The notes under the pieces were generated by a model that ran no database searches, was not told the DNA's origin, and saw nothing but the letters and a program-made list of their open reading frames with translations. DNA of 51,079 nt from IMG/VR virus record IMGVR_UViG_3300044724_010870, positions 1 through 51,079 of that record; one strand, written 5' to 3'. This DNA comes from a virus. Its lineage: Duplodnaviria > Caudoviricetes. The position numbers and the translations under genes are program-made. Numbering within the stretch: the first letter of the stretch is position 1; every line of letters starts with the position of its first letter. Positions 46,433 to 51,079 of the stretch are shown one piece after another.

Positions 46433-48958
46433 TTATGCTCTATAACCTAATACGTCGTAAGTGCCCGCGATTTCGGTGCTTGCTTCTCTGTCGTCACTAC
46501 GTAAACCCCTGTTTAATGAAGTTGACTTTTGAGGTACATTGTACTCTCCCGCTGCGCCAGTAAAACCTGGGGGTAATCCCCATGCAGTTGCTCCCCCGGT
46601 GCGCCCTCCATCGATATCAGGATCGGAAACTATAGGATTACCTTCTCTTCCGGATATAAAAACACCCTTCTTTAGGTCATCGGCTCCACCAATTTGAACG
46701 GTGAATTCAAGATCCACGGTTTTGTTGTCGCCAATGGTAGATGAAAAACTTTCGGATTGTAATTGTGCCCCCCGGATTGAATATCTCATTGCTGGTCTTT
46801 TATTTTTTGTTGTACAACCAACACACTCTGGCTCGTAAAGATCCATTTCGATGTCAAGCTCTTCGCAATTACAAATCAAATCAACCATATTACCTTGCTT
46901 GAGATCAGACATTACGGCTGAAACGCTCAATGTCGCATTAATAGGTACATCAATAGCTTTTGAAAATGAAAATGTAGACCCAAGTCTCTGCAGGTTGGTT
47001 CTAGACATACCAACACTTAAATTTGCTGTTTGAACATGAGCAGATCCCTTTTGAGCTGTTGCATCCTTGTAGTCTCCGCTACTCTGAACAGAAAGTAACC
47101 CTTTTTCACTAAGGTTAAGAACGATGTCGCCAGGCCTTAAAGCTGAAACTTTATTTTGTTGCTGATCTAAGGGCAGGTTAGGATCGGGGCATCCATCAAA
47201 TCCACTCTGCGCTGCTGGTAATGAGAACAAACCTGTGCAGGAATTATTTTTAGCAGAAACGACACTACCATTTTCGGAATCATACTCGAATGCATCACTA
47301 ATGAGGCTGCCATCATAAAGATCAACGGATGGTAGATTTAATCCTGTTGTGCCGATGTCGCTTTTAATGTTCATGCCTTCTACAGTGATTGATGCTGTAG
47401 GAATAGCTCCTACTCCAACATCAACAGAATAATCTGTAACAAATCCATTACCTACCGAGATCACACTCTTTTTTGTATCAAAACCTTCTTTTTGAAGACT
47501 TGCATCTCCTACCACAACATCTCTGGATTCAGGAACTGTTACTACAAAAAAGTTATTACCGGCTTGATAATACTCTGGATTCAAGTGTCCACTCAAGCAA
47601 TTCTCCTGACCATTTGTTACGAACTCAAGCATTCTTTCATTGTATCCATCGAGCAAGAAATATGTAAAATCCATATTAACGGTTGGATTTTCAAGAACAA
47701 TAGAGTCTAATCTTGCCAAATGACCAAATTGATTAACGTCTGTACGGTTGATACTAAAGCCATAATTTAAAGTTTGCACTCTTTTCAACTGTTTAATAAT
47801 TGATCCGTGAGCAATTGCAGGAGCATCATAAGATGGAACGTCATCAGACCCACCAAGGAACTCAAGCTCTCCATTTTGCGCAACAAGACTAGCATCCGGA
47901 TCGACAAGCGAGTCTTCCGACCCACTACCGCCAACACCACCATCAAAGGCTACTTGGTCACCCGGCCCTATTAGTTCAGAACCATCTCCGCCGCTAGTGA
48001 TTACCAAGCCTTCACTTGCTGCCCAAGCGGCAATCGTGTACTCAGCTGCACCACCTACTGTAGCTGGCGTAGTGAGGTTGCCAATTCTATTCTCGTTTAA
48101 TATGGTTTCAAATGAATATTGCGGACTTGGACCCCCAGCTAAAGTAAAAATAGCACCCGTTATAGTGGCCTTGGTTCCAGGAGCAAGCGGAACAGTATCA
48201 TCTAATACAATCAGTCCAGATACAGCTAAATCATCAGCACTAAAATAACGAATATTAATTACATCCTGATTTTGCGGCGCTCCACCGGCCAAAGGTTCAG
48301 CTAGTGTAATAGTGCCGGTTACACCATCAAAAGCGCTAATAGTAGCCGACTCAGTTGTTGCATTGGCACTAAAAGTTACCTCTATTGTTTGTCCATTGAA
48401 AAAGTTGGTCATTGCTGCATCTGAAGTATGGCTTCCTGGGGCATTACCTATAGGTCCATTGTTTACATCGAATGCAATTCCAAAGCTTGAAGCATCAATC
48501 GAATTAATAATTGTGCCAATCCTTCCGTTGTTGAGTATATCTTCTAGTTGACCCATTGTGGTGTAAGTGTCAACCTTAAAAGTCTTTGTATTTAAGACAT
48601 CTTCATTGTTTGTTGTCTTGAAGCTAACTACATCACCGTCTGGTGTGTTTAATCCAAAATCTAATCTAGTTGGGCTGTTTTGAGTATCGCCAACTGATCC
48701 TACTACAGCATCGCTAGGGTTAGCAGAATCATCTCCGTTCCAATCTGGCCATTTAGCCAGTCCGTCTTTTGGTGTCCATCCGTAAAGTTTATTGTCGACC
48801 ACCTCACCAGCTTCTTGATTGCCATGTAGTGGCGGTGTCATTAATCCATACCCATTTTTGCCAGTAAAATGATATCCGGTCGAATCTGGGCTTACGAAAA
48901 GCGCTTCTGATTGATAAATTACTCTGTTTCTGTGTACTGCTGAAGGTGCTCTTGCCAT
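46433..48958 (-). CDS. Tail tube protein paralog 1 with a ~300-aa N-proximal insertion
   Basis: 841 aa. Same conserved blocks as the 509-aa protein, plus extra sequence (~47840-48730) between WPDWNG and PAIAHGSIIKQ. Confidence 0.75.
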   Translation of the reverse strand: MARAPSAVHRNRVIYQSEALFVSPDSTGYHFTGKNGYGLMTPPLHGNQEAGEVVDNKLYGWTPKDGLAKWPDWNGDDSANPSDAVVGSVGDTQNSPTRLDFGLNTPDGDVVSFKTTNNEDVLNTKTFKVDTYTTMGQLEDILNNGRIGTIINSIDASSFGIAFDVNNGPIGNAPGSHTSDAAMTNFFNGQTIEVTFSANATTESATISAFDGVTGTITLAEPLAGGAPQNQDVINIRYFSADDLAVSGLIVLDDTVPLAPGTKATITGAIFTLAGGPSPQYSFETILNENRIGNLTTPATVGGAAEYTIAAWAASEGLVITSGGDGSELIGPGDQVAFDGGVGGSGSEDSLVDPDASLVAQNGELEFLGGSDDVPSYDAPAIAHGSIIKQLKRVQTLNYGFSINRTDVNQFGHLARLDSIVLENPTVNMDFTYFLLDGYNERMLEFVTNGQENCLSGHLNPEYYQAGNNFFVVTVPESRDVVVGDASLQKEGFDTKKSVISVGNGFVTDYSVDVGVGAIPTASITVEGMNIKSDIGTTGLNLPSVDLYDGSLISDAFEYDSENGSVVSAKNNSCTGLFSLPAAQSGFDGCPDPNLPLDQQQNKVSALRPGDIVLNLSEKGLLSVQSSGDYKDATAQKGSAHVQTANLSVGMSRTNLQRLGSTFSFSKAIDVPINATLSVSAVMSDLKQGNMVDLICNCEELDIEMDLYEPECVGCTTKNKRPAMRYSIRGAQLQSESFSSTIGDNKTVDLEFTVQIGGADDLKKGVFISGREGNPIVSDPDIDGGRTGGATAWGLPPGFTGAAGEYNVPQKSTSLNRGLRSDDREASTEIAGTYDVLGYRA

Positions 48959-48985
48959 GATATTAATTAGGTTAAGTTTGTATTA

Positions 48986-48992
48986 ATTACAT
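48986..48992 (-). promoter_or_regulatory. Putative late-promoter variant ATGTAAT
   Basis: Minus strand AATAATGTAATTAATAC, 27 nt upstream of the 841-aa ATG, in an AT-rich gap. Confidence 0.35.
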
Positions 48993-49020
48993 TATTTTTT
49001 TTGTATTGTGAAATTTAAGT

Positions 49021-49893
49021 TTAGCCAGCCTCAAAAGTAGCGGTGACCGTAACATTTGATGCGGGCAATACAAATGTTTGAGTAGAAATATTTACAAACG
49101 TGAGATTCACACTGTTAGTGTTCTCGTCGGTCGCAGAAATAGATTCGAGCACATTGCCCTCGTCAGCGGCTAATGTTAGTGTGACTGTGTCCCCTTCTTC
49201 GCCTGATGAGACATCAGAAGTTATCGTTCCACTTGTGATATTTTCATCAATAGTTACGGAGTAAGTTGGTGCTGGAATTAAAGTAAACCCAGCTGATACA
49301 CTCACACTAGATCCAGGCATAATGAATGTTTTTGTAGACTCATCCACTGAAGTGATTTCCAAGGCCCCGCTATTACCGGTGGCAGATATAGAGGTGAAGC
49401 TGTATCCCTCATCAACACTGATTGTGAGGGTCACTAGTGTACCTTCTTGAGCCGAAGTTAAGTCAGTAGCCACAGAGCCCCCTGTAATTTCCGTATCAAT
49501 GTCTACAGAAAAGCTAGGAGGTATGTATGTTGCTTCTGCAGTTACATTGGCTCCAGGCATGATAAATTTATTTTCCGTTACAGTGATGCTTTCCAAAGTT
49601 TTACTGTTCAGTACAGACCAACTATCAAAAGTATAACCCTCATCCGGGTTCGCAACTATTTCAACTTCGTCCCCCATACCAAAGGGGCCAGTTGTGCAGG
49701 TTTTTTCTGTACCCCCAACGGTATCCAAAAAAGATACCGTATAAATTGGTGCCGTTGTATAGTCATATTCGTACACATACCATTCAGTTCCACTAAATGT
49801 TATAATTCTTTTTGTGTCTGTTTCAAATAAAGTATCCCCGGCCGAAGGTGACTCGGGCCGTGTCGTTGATAGGCATGTTTGTAATTTACTCAT
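49021..49893 (-). CDS. Small virion protein: short N-terminal attachment-like module + three InlB B-type repeats
   Basis: 290 aa. TTRPESPSAGDTLFETDTKRIITFSGTEW followed by three G-D/T-x-V-x-[IL]...DEG[YN]...F-[IV]-[ML]-P-x-x-x-V-x-V-x-A repeats. Confidence 0.75.
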   Translation of the reverse strand: MSKLQTCLSTTRPESPSAGDTLFETDTKRIITFSGTEWYVYEYDYTTAPIYTVSFLDTVGGTEKTCTTGPFGMGDEVEIVANPDEGYTFDSWSVLNSKTLESITVTENKFIMPGANVTAEATYIPPSFSVDIDTEITGGSVATDLTSAQEGTLVTLTISVDEGYSFTSISATGNSGALEITSVDESTKTFIMPGSSVSVSAGFTLIPAPTYSVTIDENITSGTITSDVSSGEEGDTVTLTLAADEGNVLESISATDENTNSVNLTFVNISTQTFVLPASNVTVTATFEAG

Positions 49894-49897
49894 GTTT

Positions 49898-50755
49898 TTA
49901 AGAATTTATATATATGTACCATTCTGATCCGTCCCAAACATACAAGTCTTGTGTGTCTGTTCCTAGGGCTATTACACCTATTTCTTGATCAGTTAGAGAA
50001 AAAATGTTTTCTTGTGTATCTTGTATTTGTAAATTATATACCGGAACATCATATTTAAATGCATACCAACTTGAACCGTCCCATACATACATGTTATTCG
50101 TGTCTGTTCCATAAGCTATGGTGCCGGGCTCAGAAATTAAGTTGATGAAAATTTTATCCTCCGTATCTATAATGCCAAATTTAATGTTTTCTGGCTCTTC
50201 TTCAATTTCTTGCTCTGTGACCTCGACTGGGTCTTCACAGTCTTCATATCCATCGACTTGCCTTGGTTGTGAGCCATACATATTGTATTGGTAAACAAGA
50301 TCCTTAATTTCTTTGGCTGCTTGGTCAGCCATACTTTTAAATTCTTTACTTAAGGCTATTCTAGTTTTAGGGGAATTATTAATAGAATCAGCACTTCTTT
50401 TTATTCTTGTGTCTCCTTCTTCTAGCTCAAGCCATTCTGAATTAGATTCATCAACAGTCTCTCCGGCATCATAAACACCCCTTAGTATTCTTCTAGCTTG
50501 CTTTTCATTGTATTCTTTTAGATACAATTGTTCAAGAATATTAATTTCCTCTTGTTGCAACCTTGGCTGGATCTCTCCATCTGACCCAGTAAAAGAAAAG
50601 TTTTGGTTTAATAAAATATTTAACTCCCCAATTTTTCCACTTAATGTACCCGAAGTTACTAGTAATTCATAGCTTTTTTGTTGATCACTCAGATAGTCAA
50701 ATTCAGTGAGAAATAACCCACTAGCTATAGTCCCTATTTGATTTATACTACTCAT
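49898..50755 (-). CDS. Putative head-tail connector/neck-type protein with two C-terminal GTDT...YVWDGS.W modules
   Basis: 285 aa. Helical N-terminal region with WLELEEGDTRIKR beta-hairpin reminiscent of adaptor proteins (weak), an acidic linker and a tandem C-terminal repeat. Confidence 0.5.
   Translation of the reverse strand: MSSINQIGTIASGLFLTEFDYLSDQQKSYELLVTSGTLSGKIGELNILLNQNFSFTGSDGEIQPRLQQEEINILEQLYLKEYNEKQARRILRGVYDAGETVDESNSEWLELEEGDTRIKRSADSINNSPKTRIALSKEFKSMADQAAKEIKDLVYQYNMYGSQPRQVDGYEDCEDPVEVTEQEIEEEPENIKFGIIDTEDKIFINLISEPGTIAYGTDTNNMYVWDGSSWYAFKYDVPVYNLQIQDTQENIFSLTDQEIGVIALGTDTQDLYVWDGSEWYIYINS
49901..50175 (-). repeat. Tandem ~45-aa protein repeat
   Basis: IIDTEDKIFINLISEPGTIAYGTDTNNMYVWDGSSWYAF versus IQDTQENIFSLTDQEIGVIALGTDTQDLYVWDGSEWYIY. 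Confidence 0.85.
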
Positions 50756-50764
50756 GTAAGTAGT

Positions 50765-50771
50765 ATTACAC
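50765..50771 (-). promoter_or_regulatory. Putative late-promoter motif GTGTAAT, 9 nt before ATG
   Basis: Minus strand AAGTGTAATACTACTTACATG in a 27-nt gap with no Shine-Dalgarno-like sequence. Confidence 0.55.
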
Positions 50772-50782
50772 TTAATTTAAAC

Positions 50783-51079
50783 CTATAGACCGTTTAGTTT
50801 CATTAAGTCCTGCATTGATAGCGATCCTCCTTTTTTCATCGCCTCTTTGTGCAAATCTAATCCCTCAGATGCTTGTCCACCAGTTATGGATTCTATATCT
50901 TCCTTTGATGCCCCCACAATACTTGCCCCAGCACTATCTTCTTTGTTTAGTTGTTTTGCTGCATTTTGTCTTGCCTGAGAAGAGTTGGCAAAATCAAGTA
51001 ATGCTTTAGGATCCTTGAGTATTCTATCTGGAATATTTTCGCTTGTTTCAAAAATATTTTTAAATATCCTTGTGTATAC
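50783..51079 (-). CDS. 3' end of a hypothetical phage protein (not in the ORF track)
   Basis: Open frame from the window end: VYTRIFKNIFETSENIPDRILKDPKALLDFANSSQARQNAAKQLNKEDSAGASIVGASKEDIESITGGQASEGLDLHKEAMKKGGSLSMQDLMKLNGL-TAG (99 codons including stop), same strand as the cluster. Confidence 0.8.
   Translation of the reverse strand, partial: VYTRIFKNIFETSENIPDRILKDPKALLDFANSSQARQNAAKQLNKEDSAGASIVGASKEDIESITGGQASEGLDLHKEAMKKGGSLSMQDLMKLNGL

Noticed and set aside
40993-48958. Contractile tail, tailocin or eCIS interpretation
   Set aside because: No sheath, baseplate wedge or VgrG/PAAR-like gene was recognised, while lambda-type M/L/K/I/J genes are present.
1260-51009. Numerous 60-170-aa ORFs nested in or opposite the long genes (e.g. 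8847..9260, 39592..40101, 50815..51009)
   Set aside because: All overlap well-supported genes and mostly use alternative starts. 50815..51009 is antisense to the real partial ORF at 50783-51079.
1545-51079. Genome-wide stop-codon reassignment
   Set aside because: Multi-kb ORFs are intact in the standard code, and TAA, TGA and TAG all end genes at tight junctions. Only the 44855 junction stands out as in-frame.
1-51079. CRISPR arrays, tRNA/rRNA genes, IS elements, introns or inteins
   Set aside because: Intergenic gaps are all under 80 nt. No DNA-level repeat arrays, transposase motifs or intein/homing endonuclease signatures were noticed by eye.

Overview
This 51-kb window is densely coding, AT-rich phage DNA. 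Almost all of it (1545-51079) is one minus-strand tail morphogenesis cluster of a large tailed phage with a lambda/T5-like non-contractile tail; no sheath gene is seen. In transcription order it holds a partial conserved ORF, a neck-like protein, a small InlB-B-repeat protein, three tail-tube paralogs with an in-frame 794-aa decoration ORF, two giant InlB-B-repeat fibre/adhesin proteins (one ending in an FGE-sulfatase-like domain split by an RCC1 insert), a 3004-aa tape measure protein (TMP), two further tube-like proteins, a 2360-aa double gpM-like/VWA protein, an Ig-like protein, gpL, gpK (JAB+NlpC/P60) and a gpI-gpJ fusion with a C-type lectin domain. Two plus-strand genes at the left end converge on the cluster. 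Highlights: (1) the TMP carries cassettes delimited by seven G-[FL]-[IV]-P-[NS]-(F) motifs, including a thermonuclease-like and a PD-(D/E)xK-like domain, suggesting an injected effector polyprotein; (2) a GGA-TAA-GGA in-frame junction joins a tube gene to an ORF carrying the same module that is inserted into the paralogous tube protein, a candidate stop-hop/readthrough site; (3) a GTGTA[AT] upstream motif may be a late promoter giving leaderless mRNAs; (4) domains are repeatedly split by or nested inside other domains. All family calls are by-eye motif recognition; no searches were run.
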